DNA of 38,500 nt from Welwitschia mirabilis (taxonomy: Eukaryota): contig JBOZIK010000001.1 of the NCBI GenBank assembly GCA_051453625.1, forward strand, positions 12,106,932-12,145,431, in the 5' to 3' direction. Numbering within the stretch: the first letter of the stretch is position 1; the number at the start of each line of letters is the position of its first letter. Position numbers and translations under genes: made by a program. Under the pieces are notes generated by a model. It worked only from the letters and a program-made list of their open reading frames with translations. It searched no databases and was not told the DNA's origin. Of the stretch, positions 26,330-37,013 are shown one piece after another.

Positions 26330-27030
26330 TTCTATAGAATTTTTAAATCTTTTAAATTTGAGGAGTACTTCCTCATGGTTGAATTGAAGAATTTATTTAA
26401 GGATGTAACTTATTTAGTATAAACTATTATTTAAGGATGCTTAATAGATTTAGTAGCTTTAATTATCTTTCTCACAAATTTTATTTTATTTATTCCTTAA
26501 TTAATTAATCATGTCTTACTTATTTATAAAATTTTATTTAATTTTTACTAAGAAGTTATAAGATTTCTATTTAAGATAGTTTTGTCCACTTTTAGAATTA
26601 ACCATTTGACTGGTATAAGGATTAAGTCCTTTTAGAAATAACCTACTATTTGATGTGATTAGAATTCATCACTTGGGTCTTGTATGATATACAAAATGAA
26701 TCCTTCAAAATATTTACAATAATATTTGTTAATTTTTTTGAATTCACTTACTTCTTTTCTTAATTCTTGAAGTTTTTGGGTGATCATGTAACATTTAATA
26801 AGTACCATATCAATCCCATACCTTATGCAAATATGATAATTGGATAAACAACTGGGTAAAGAATTAAACCACAATTTTGCTTTATATCTAAGATTGAATG
26901 TAAAGACTTTAAAATTTCTTATTTTTTACATCTTTTTGAGCTATTTTTGTAATATCCTCTCTTTCATTAAGGTGACTATAGGAATCTTCATTAATATATC
27001 CATTAAGGTAGGGTATATTGAAATATTTTA
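26330..27030 (-). pseudogene. Ty3/gypsy gag fragment (Retrotrans_gag-like)
   Basis: IPYLNGYINEDSYSHLNEREDI...FKVFTFNLRYKAKLWFNSLP resembles LP.F.G...EDP..HL..F..I...LFPFSL.DKAK.W..SLP. Confidence 0.7.
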
Positions 27031-27461
27031 AATTCCTATACCATCTTTAGCTAGAAGAATAACTAGATTATTACACCTATTTTTTTGATTCAGTAATAAG
27101 TCTTTTAGTAAGGCATGAGGGCTTGTTGAATAACTCATTTTATTATCAGTGGGATAACTACTAGCCTACAAGATCTAATTAGAGGATGAATTTATTAATG
27201 ATGAATGTTAGTGAATTAGATAAGGGAGGAAATTGATTATTACTAAGGGTTTCTTTAAATTCTTCAATATCAATTTAAACACTAGTTAAGGGAGATGATT
27301 TAATGAGGTTCAATGAAGGGGCTTCCATTGATTCACTAAAAGAAAATAATTTGCATAGGATCATGAGGTTTTCTATAATTAAATAGTTTATCTCTAATGT
27401 TCTCTTTAATAGGAATTTGATCACAATTCAATCCTTAAGGCATATGATAATACATAAATAT

Positions 27462-27470
<9 letters not shown>

Positions 27471-27516
<46 letters not shown>
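27471..27516 (+). repeat. (AG)23 microsatellite preceded by short TAGA units
   Basis: Read directly from the sequence. Confidence 0.97.
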
Positions 27517-27523
<7 letters not shown>

Positions 27524-28559
27524 CATGACATTCAACTAGATGCAAGATGTAAGAACACAGTAGATCTTAATTACAAGAATTATACTAAGGAGTTTTATTA
27601 TTAATCAAAGAAAATAAAAGCATAAACTATGAAAGGATAGAATAATCCAACCTAAGTAAGATTTATAGATCAATCCCTTTCTCTATTGACTACTAATTTT
27701 TACTAAGAATACTAAAAAAATCATGAAATAAGCTTATCTATAGATTTGTCAAGGATCTTATTCCCTCTAAAAGACCTACTTGGCTTCTTTAATGATGGAT
27801 TAAAAATGTGATGGAACTTTCGTATAATTTTGAAGCATGCATTTACATTATTTAAAAATCTTGAATATTGTAAATAATGAAGATAATAATTTAAAGTAGA
27901 GAAACACAGTTGGGAGAGAGAAAATGAAAAATGTTATTACTAGAATTAAATAACTAATTAAAGAAATAATAATGCATATAATCTAATTTAATGTAATTCA
28001 ATAAAAGGATCTAATTATCTATTACATAATTCATCTTAGAGTATGGATTAATTATACATTATAAATAGAGAATTTATTTATAATACAATATGATGAACAT
28101 TTTAAGAAAAAACTAGAATAACATTAATCTAATGTATTAAATAAACACAACTTATATTAAGGACTTAGATACAAGGGTCTTACCCTAACTAACAAGATGA
28201 GGTAAGAAACCTAGTTTTGAAGCTCTTCTAATGGCCTCCTTAATACTTGTTGTCTTTGTCATATCATTTAAGCAATTGGAAAGATTCATTTACAAAGGTA
28301 ACCCCCTTGCTTAAATAGCATTTGATTTTAAGAGTAGTCTAAGAAGAAGTATTTAAGTTGGCTAAAATATCAATTTTTTTATCACTAAATTATCACAAGC
28401 ANNNNNNNNNNNNNNNNNNNNNAGATAGAAGGAATTATTGAGTATCATTATTAAGTGATGTTATGTGTAAACAAGTTCAAGAAGAGGTATGGTCATTGGA
28501 TCATTAAGTGGTAACTATACATAGTGATGGTTATAAAATAATACATTATTACTTGTCAT

Positions 28560-30420
28560 TGGGTAATGATTTGGCTATAGTTCCATCTCTACCTAGGTTC
28601 CTAAGTAATATAAAGTAGTTATAACTTTAAATTTAATCAACTTCATGTGTTTTTTAATCTATTTATACTTTAAACTCATCCTACACTCTTATGATCCTAT
28701 AATCTTATCAATACAATTAAAGGTTTTATCATTAGTGCCTATCATAGGTATTATTTTAATGTTTATTCAAGTGGATGTATTATGAAACTATGACTTATTA
28801 ATTTAATCATAAGATCATACTTCGCTTGGTTATGTCAAATTTTCAAGATGTGATTATGGGATAATGACTAAACAAGCTTGTTTATTCTTAGGAATTAATT
28901 TCTATCATTATTTTGGCTTGAGTAATCACATTAATGAGATGATATGTTAAGGTTATATAAGAGATAAATCTTAACTACATAAAATATAAAACAATAAAAA
29001 CATAATTCATCCCTTAGAGTAGTTTATAAACTAGTTTACTTTTAACTCCATTGAGGATGGTTATGCTTCACATTTTTACAAAGAAATATAAAGGTGTGGT
29101 TCTTGTTCTTATGATCCTAATGGTGTCTTAATTTATTTCTCTAATTCTTTAATGTATCTTTTAGTGTATAATGAGTATATTCTCTCCTGCCTTTGTTAAG
29201 GGTTAAACATCTTGTATTCTTCTCTTAATTAAACCATTATCCATATTGGAATCTACCATTATTAAATTGTTTTTCTTCATCCATTTATCAAAATAAGAAC
29301 ATTTCAAATTTAAAATTCTAATAACTATGATAAGAATTTATCTCATCATGATGTTTTATACCTCTCTTCTTCCTTCTTATATTTGAGGGAATGATTAACT
29401 CATGATACATTTGGAATGTAATACCTTAAATCTTCATCAATGTTGATTTGGTATTCTATATAATATGTATATCATTGATGATTTTACTTTGATTTGTGAT
29501 CAAACATGCTTTAATTTTCTATCTTAATTTAATTAACATCTCTAGTTATGTAATAGCACATTCTGAATGTTTAATTCATCTTTATTTCTTAAATATTTTT
29601 TTATAATTCTTTAATAGGTTTTAGATGATTGATATGTTAGTTTATGATATATTTCATGATACCTTAGTGTTTTAAAATTTTATTATAATATGTAACATAC
29701 CTCATAATTATCCTTTCATAAATTTAGGAGTTAGAGTGAGTAGTTTATTAACATTTATGAATATAAATATTTTACTTAACTTAGGTTTTCTTAATAGATT
29801 GCATTATGAATAATCATTCTTGATTTCTAGGAGAAGATATTTATTTTAGTGAATTTGTTCTTTACACATCTTTGAAAGATTCTTCCTACCCAAATCTATC
29901 ATTAACATCTTTACTTAATTCTTGTATACTTTGAAATACCTTTGTAGTCTTTATGAGAGAATGATAATTAAGGCCAACTATGCTATAATATTATGTCATA
30001 GTTTTTTTTATTTAGTAATTCTATGTATACCTTTATAGCTAGGGTACATCTTTCATAGATTGCACTATATTATAAAAGTTAAGGTATACTAAGTTTTTAA
30101 TGCCATTTTTAGGGATTGTAACTAAAGTTTATTAGCTTGTCAAAAATTATTTTTTTCCTTCTTCATGAATCTTTTTAATTTTCTCTTTTGTATATTTGCC
30201 TTTATTAGAATTATCAAAAACTCTTATATGTTTTGTAGGAACTATGAGCATCTAAAGATTACAAGCATGGACCTAGATAAATTTACCTTAAATTTATTAC
30301 ATAAGAGTTTAGTTCTATCCAAGTATGATCTAACCTTGTTTTTTACATTTTTAGTTATAGAAAATGTAGATATAAATCTATCAAAATAATCTTTAAAACA
30401 TCTCTAAGTTTTTTTCTATT
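28560..30420 (-). pseudogene. Heavily deleted non-chromovirus gypsy pol remnant (RT, RNase H, integrase pieces)
   Basis: FKDYFDRFI...CNKFKVNLS (RT), KNYDII...RLQRYF (RNase H), SYFDKWMK (YFTKWVE-like) and TPLYFFV..CEA...MEL (integrase tail), in gypsy order. All matches are weak. Confidence 0.45.
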
Positions 30421-30949
30421 GATAGAATTTTTTTTTTTTTTTTTGATGAACATAAATTTTTAGAATTGGAAACTTTTTCTATCACACTTTATGTGTTTAA
30501 ATAGCACAACATTATATTCTATTTAATTTTTTTTATTTTTCACAATGCAAAATTATATAATTAGCCAGCAATCTATAATGGAAATATTTTCATCAATCTT
30601 AATTTCCATGTATCATTGGATTAGATCTATTACTTGTTAAGTTCANNNNAATAGTGATGAATAAGTAGAATATTAACCATGTCTAAACTCCTCTAACATT
30701 GACGTTGATTAAGAAGACTCAAAATTCACATTTTAGATAAGTTAAATATCATTTGAAGATTTCATTACTAATATTTTACTTAAATTAATTATGTCTAAAA
30801 CTTTAAAAAAATAGTATTCATATATGGTTATATAAGAAAAATTTAAAATCATTATGATAATCCAATGTTTATCTAAATCTTCATATATGATTTTATTAGT
30901 AAGTTATCATAACTGGCTTAGAAATTGTTAAGTTGATAAGAAAATACAA

Positions 30950-32300
30950 AATAATATGTTTTATTTAGCATCCAAAGGATGCATCCTTTTCCTACCTAAT
31001 AAAATACTATAAGATAGACAACATTTGATTCAACTAAGAATGATTCAATAAAAATACACATCAAAGAAGGGAAGAATTTTGAGATCACACAAGTCTAAGT
31101 CTATAGACTTTGTTAAGTGGTTTCTCCATCAACCACTTGCCTACATCCTTATCAAAAATATCATTTATAAAATGATTCATTCTCAGTTATTAAAATTATT
31201 TATTTAATTCATTATATCATTTGGTTTATATTAAAAATTAGTTTTATCTTAATTCCCATTTTTTTAATTCAAAAAGGTCCTTTTAATAGTTTCACATTTA
31301 ATTCTAAATTTAGATTTACAACATGGTATTAAAGATTATGCATTTAATCCAAAAACATGGAATTAAAGCACTTATGCTCTAATAATTATTTCCAACATGG
31401 TATTAAAGCCAAATATTATAAGTTTTAATAGGGCAAGAAGAACCTAACAAATCACCATACTCAAAGATAAAGGTTGCAGTCCTAAGGATGTACTTGACAA
31501 AACATTAAACTTAGAAACTTATGTCTAAATCCAAAATAAAAGTAATAAGAAAAAGATAATTTCATTTACAAAAATTTAAAAGTTTTAATAAGTTATTATG
31601 ATAATTAACAAAGTGAAAAAAATTATTTATTTTATTAATTAATATTGATAATCAAACTTTATGATAGAAGTTATTATTAGAACCAACATCATAATGATTC
31701 ATTTGAATTCGAAAAGTATAAGAAGAAAGGAAGAAAGATCATTTTTCATCAAATGCTACAATATAAAAACTATATAAGCTGAAGAAACTAATTTTAGAAG
31801 AAGATAGTTCTTATAAGTGCTTTATAACTCATGTTTTTTCATAAATATAAGATGTTTTTATTAAAGAGTAGTATCCTACAAACCGAGTACTGGAGGAATA
31901 CACTATAAGAAGTGAGATAAGGATCAATAATATTAAAAGGAATTTGTTCATTTATGAAGCTCCAAAATACCATAATGGATGGAAAAATAATAACAAATTA
32001 CCTTTTCTAGTTGAAGAATTGTAATCTTATATTATGCAATAACAAACTGAACAAACTAATATCAATAGGATATACAAAGTAGGCATGTTAATGATGTTAT
32101 ATAAATATATGTTACAATACCTAGTTTTGAAGCTAAAAAACTTCAAAAACTAAAACTTAACAGCATATTTGATGCTATTTTATATTTACATAATGAAGAT
32201 GAAATTTATCAATCATCAAAGTATAATGTCTAAAGAACAAAATGGAACATAAAGCCACAATTTCCTTCATCATAAAACACAATGACAGGTTTTCTTCCTC
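30950..32300 (+). mobile_element. Very degenerate copia-like or non-autonomous LTR remnant
   Basis: LTR-end/PBS junctions 'aaca-tggtattaaag' are followed by purine-rich, coding-like decayed sequence including 'LHNEDEIY' (a weak match to DNGGEF). Boundaries are uncertain. Confidence 0.35.
31320..31410 (+). repeat. Three tandem LTR-end/tRNA-Met PBS-like units
   Basis: aacatggtattaaaga (31320), aacatggaattaaagc (31354) and aacatggtattaaagc (31394). Confidence 0.7.
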
Positions 32301-33249
32301 CTTACTTCATAAAATACTTTAAATGAAATACTATTATCATCATCTCATTTTATATTTTCAATAAATAATACAAAATGTATTAAAGATATACATTTCCAAA
32401 ATTAATATTACATACTTTGCTAAATTTGGCAATAAATAACCTTATCAAGTTACATAAAGATAAAGTTAATGTATCTCCAAAATTATTTTTAATTTGTGTG
32501 ATGAAATCCACATATTAATTCTATAGAAAATTCAAAGATATAGATATTTTACTTTTTCCTACTACAAATTTAAGCTTTATGGATTTAAATTCTTGTAAAT
32601 TCTTACATTATTCTACAAGTGTTTAAGTAAGTCTAATAATACTACTTTACTTATAATTGAATTTATGAAATTTTGTTTTACTTTTTTCTCTTTATTATTT
32701 CTCTATTTTCATCCATGCACACCTTTGTTATTAAAATTATCTATGCCTTCATGCACAAAGATACTTAAAAAAAGACAATTAAAATAGTATAAACTAATAA
32801 AGATTTACAATAGTATAGAAGAAATATTACCAAAAATTCATCTTCTATTAAATTTTATTTTCACTAATAACATTAAAATAAATGTGCTTCCTATTTTATC
32901 ATCAATAGGAAAGCATTTAAAACATAAACATTTAGGTTTAGATTATTTCTTTTAAACTCTAATTGATAAACTATAAAAAATCCATTTTACTTTTCTGGTT
33001 GAGCACTTATATAGATGAATTTACCATTATATCAAATAAAATTAAAAAGAAAAATGATTGTTTGAAAGATAAAACATAATATTAGAGTATTTTATCTTTC
33101 TTTTAACAATTTTAGCAAAATTCTAATTGATGTGGAGTTTGACAAAGCAAAAAAAAAAAAGGATGTAAGAGTAATTTTTCTTGAGGTTATTGATATATAC
33201 ATATACTACTAGTTTAAATGAAATTTTTTTCTTATGAACATATCTCCAT

Positions 33250-34241
33250 TTTATAGGATTGGTGGAGCTATTTATAGTATGAATCATACCTTATGTGAAT
33301 ATTACTTTGTGTCTATGATAGAAACTTTTCCTTTTTTACCATGCCCTCATAAAGGAGAAGATTGTTTTAATTTTTTTATTTGGATACATAGATCTACATA
33401 CTCATCTTTAAACCCTATGAAACTACATAGATCATAGTAAAAAGGTATCTGTGTATAAACAGTAACTATTGAATCACTCAAGCCCTTGTTGTTCTTCTTA
33501 TGTCCAACTAATGAGTTCTTAAATGGTTGATTTAATAGAGGTGTTTGCATTAGTTCAGTTTAACACCTTGAAGAAGAGTAATTTTGCTGATTTAGATTGT
33601 TTTGAAAACAAAAATGGTGGTTTTGGTTTTCAACTAATTCTTCCTATAGGGTTAGTCACATTTGAAGAAACACTGACATCTGAACCAGTGACGTTGTTAC
33701 GTTTTCTTTTCCCAACACCACTAACTCTGTTATGACGGCTTATTTTTCACCCTTAATCCACCGTCCAAAAACTGAAACCCAAAACGCAGGAGTGCACTGC
33801 GCACTGTGCACTAGCAATGATCCATCCCTCTTCATCTCCCATTTTCCATCTTCTAAATTCCAAAATAAATGGCCACTAAACCCACCATCTTGCAATTCTT
33901 GCATCTTCAGTCCATGTTAAAGAGCACCATGCGAAAACCATGATCATATCCTGTTGTGTTTTAAGATGAGAAGATCGCTACCATATCTATGTATCTGGCT
34001 TGTCCTTTTGTTTACTATTGTTGTGGTCAAATGACACTTTCATACGGCCTTCCGCTCACACTCATGGTAGCATCTGCAAATGCATGCGAAGAGGAAGCAA
34101 AATCTTCGAACAAATTCATAGTCACAGAGATTTCTCCACTGCTTTCAGAGTCAAAAGGCGATGACAAAAGATATTCATAGCAGAGAGCGGCATTCTATTT
34201 GAAGAAAAATCAGGAAAACAAATTTGAATCTGAGCCTCCAT
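33250..34241 (-). pseudogene. L1-clade LINE ORF1 remnant (DUF4283-like plus zf-CCHC_4-like), frameshifted
   Basis: Minus-strand motifs in the expected order: EDARIARWWV*WPFILEFRRWKMGDE, TPAFWVSVFG, VTNPIGRI, LNQPFKNSL and VTVYTQIPFYYDLCSFIGF (compare V.YE.LP.FC..C..IGH). Confidence 0.55.
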
Positions 34242-35030
34242 TTTAGAATATTATAGAAGACAATCCAGGAAAAGAGGGAAGAAATATCAGAAAGAATGGA
34301 ACAAACGGTAAGAACAGAATAAAGAATAGAGCGAATGACAGAGGAGGGGGGGATCAGATCAATGAAATGAGGTAGACATAGAAGAAGAAGACCCCAGAAC
34401 AACACTTACAACGAGGAGAGACTGCAAAGCCACTAGAGAGAATTGCATTAATCAGACGGCATCAGGAGAGGGAACGACATTGGAGGGCAAGAGAAAGTGG
34501 GAGGCAAAAAGGCCCAACGCATAACAATAGCAAACGCGATCAGATGGAAGAAGCGACACACATCAGATAGTGTCATTCAATGGGGAGAGCAGTGCATAGG
34601 GGCAAAGCACAATACTAAGAGACGGCGAGACGTAAGGAGTAATGGCAATAAGGGCATCACAAAGATGGAATGCTAAATGCAGCTGAGGAAGAATGATCAC
34701 TAACAACGCACAGAAGACAGTAAAGCAGTGACATCCGGCATTAGAGAAATGACAGTGAACAATAGGAATGCACAGAACTCAAACAAAAAAAAAAAAAATG
34801 GGCATCGAGAACACTAGACGCAAGCGGCAGGAGAAAGAAAAACGGTAGAGTGAAGCGCAAACAAAAGAAAAACGGCAGAGCGAAGCGCAACAAGGACACA
34901 GCGCAGATAGCGAAACGCGAAGCGAAGATAGGCACGACAGGCAATACCAGAAGACAGAAAACACCAGAATAAAAGACAAAATTGGCAACCAAAAAGGGAA
35001 ATTTATCTTCGATTTTTTAGGTTTCTCGCA
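34242..35030 (-). promoter_or_regulatory. Pyrimidine-rich, CpG-retaining region; probable LINE 5' UTR or internal promoter
   Basis: Strong strand skew and many CpGs, directly upstream of the ORF1 remnant. Contains a short repeat (gaaaaacgg.agag.gaagcgcaa x2, ~34837-34890). Confidence 0.4.
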
Positions 35031-36602
35031 TTTTTTTAATTGTCATAATCAATTTTATTATCATAATCAAATACGAACATGTTTTATTCTGTGAAAAGAG
35101 AATGAAGTATTCCCTTTCATCAATCCTATAGTTATTTTGTAAACAATCATCATACAGTTAAAAAAAAAATCTCTTTTATCAAAAAAAAAATGGAAATTGC
35201 AATTCTATTTATTAGAAGAAAGTCATTTAAATGACCTTTTTTAAACTACTTTTTTATTTATTTTTAATAAAATATATAGAGGTGCTAATTGTTTTTTTGG
35301 GAGTAAAATATTTTTCTCTTTCTTTTTTGGAAATGAATACCCAAAAAAAAATCATCTAACATTATAAAGGAATTAATTTGANNNNNNNNNNNNNNNNNNN
35401 NNNNNNNNNNNNNNNNNNNNNNNNNNNNNNNNNNNNNNNNNNNNNNNNNNNNNNNNNNNNNNNNNNNNNNNNNNNNNNNNNNNNNNNNNNNNNNNNNNNN
35501 NNNNNNNNNNNNNNNNNNNNNNNNNNNNNNNNNNNNNNNNNNNNNNNNNNNNNNNNNNNNNNNNNNNNNNNNNNNNNNNNNNNNNNNNNNNNNNNNNNNN
35601 NNNNNNNNNNNNNNNNNNNNNNNNNNNNNNNNNNNNNNNNNNNNNNNNNNNNNNNNNNNNNNNNNNNNNNNNNNNNNNNNNNNNNNNNNNNNNNNNNNNN
35701 NNNNNNNNNNNNNNNNNNNNNNNNNNNNNNNNNNNNNNNNNNNNNNNNNNNNNNNNNNNNNNNNNNNNNNNNNNNNNNNNNNNNNNNNNNNNNNNNNNNN
35801 NNNNNNNNNNNNNNNNNNNNNNNNNNNNNNNNNNNNNNNNNNNNNNNNNNNNNNNNNNNNNNNNNNNNNNNNNNNNNNNNNNNNNNNNNNNNNNNNNNNN
35901 NNNNNNNNNNNNNNNNNNNNNNNNNNNNNNNNNNNNNNNNNNNNNNNNNNNNNNNNNNNNNNNNNNNNNNNNNNNNNNNNNNNNNNNNNNNNNNNNNNNN
36001 NNNNNNNNNNNNNNNNNNNNNNNNNNNNNNNNNNNNNNNNNNNNNNNNNNNNNNNNNNNNNNNNNNNNNNNNNNNNNNNNNNNNNNNNNNNNNNNNNNNN
36101 NNNNNNNNNNNNNNNNNNNNNNNNNNNNNNNNNNNNNNNNNNNNNNNNNNNNNNNNNNNNNNNNNNNNNNNNNNNNNNNNNNNNNNNNNNNNNNNNNNNN
36201 NNNNNNNTTTAAAGATTTGTCCTAACTTTAATTAACATCCCATTATTTTAAAAAACAAAAAAAAAAAACTTTTCTTTTTTATCTTCTTTTTTTTAGAATT
36301 TCTTTCTTTTAATTAATATTTTAATTTTTTTAAAAAAAAAAGGGAATATTAGAATAGGAAGAATGTTATCTTATTAGGTAGTCTTTGAATAATTTTATAT
36401 TCCATCTTTCCTTTTAAAAAAATAAAGGATGAGCATNNNNNNNNNNNNNNNNNNNNNNNNNNNNNNNNNNNNNNNNNNNNNNNNNNNNNNNNNNNNNNNN
36501 NNNNNNNNNNNNNNNNNNNNNNNNNNNGAATTTCAATGAGTTTCATACAAGTAGCTAAAGGAACATCGATTTTTTTTGGTTTTTTTTTTTTAGTATACAA
36601 TA

Positions 36603-36894
36603 TGTAGGGGTATTGCCTTTCATTAATTAATTTAAAATATGCAAAACTTTTTAAAACCTTCTCTCCTTTAAACTCATTAAAATTCTAAATTTTGTGCCTT
36701 TCGCCAGTTGTGTTATAATTATATTCATACGAATTTTCTTTGTCCTCAATTACATATTAAGGTTATATTCCTAACATTCTCGTCAATTTTAATTTTTAGA
36801 TCAACATTGAATCTAAAAAAAAAAAATATAGGGATACTACAACCACGTGAAAATCAAAATCAATATAACGTTGTGAAAAAAAATTGTCGTAATA
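36603..36894 (+). repeat. Probable 5' LTR (about 290 bp)
   Basis: Begins TGTAGGGG and ends 'cgtaata' (CA->TA) 4 nt before the PBS. The start is inferred from motif only. Confidence 0.55.
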
Positions 36895-36898
36895 GTTT

Positions 36899-36915
36899 TG
36901 GCACTAGAAGGAGGG
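36899..36915 (+). promoter_or_regulatory. PBS complementary to plant tRNA-Asn(GUU)
   Basis: TGGCACTAGAAGGAGGG differs from TGGCGCTAGAAGGAGGG by one CpG transition. Confidence 0.8.
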
Positions 36916-37013
36916 CCCCTCGTGCAGGCCTTATATTGTTTTTCGATTATTTTTGAATTGCATTCACTTTCACTTTAATTTCGCCTACCACCTTATCACA
37001 TACAATAGCCACA

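Noticed and set aside
26939..26959. 'agctatttttgtaatatcctc' as the inverted partner of the MULE-like end at 25712
   Set aside because: It lies inside gag-coding sequence (EDITKIA), similarity does not clearly extend and there is no TSD.
26330..30420. gag and pol fragments as a single gypsy element
   Set aside because: On the minus strand pol lies upstream of gag, which is the wrong order, so they are treated as separate remnants.
31320..31410. CRISPR-like repeat-spacer appearance
   Set aside because: The repeats are retrotransposon PBS junctions, the spacers are related to each other, the context is eukaryotic and there are no cas genes.
1..33600. Fungal RIP as the cause of the C->T decay
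   Set aside because: The elements belong to plant lineages (Athila, SIRE, Tekay, Tat). Methylcytosine deamination is sufficient, although context counts were not computed.
33234..34180. Cluster of + strand 60-70 aa ORFs as exons of a host gene
   Set aside because: No recognisable domain or splice pattern. They are better explained as antisense to the LINE ORF1 remnant.
34175..34992. Hydrophobic, Cys/Phe-rich ORFs as membrane or secreted peptides
   Set aside because: They are the expected by-product of a pyrimidine-rich strand. Overlapping frames give similar compositions and no family motif is present.
35378..36235. 285-aa ORF, and likewise the 381-aa and 331-aa ORFs at 37279-38424
   Set aside because: These are artefacts of N runs. 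The S/T-rich tail is an off-frame reading of the Q/P-rich gag.
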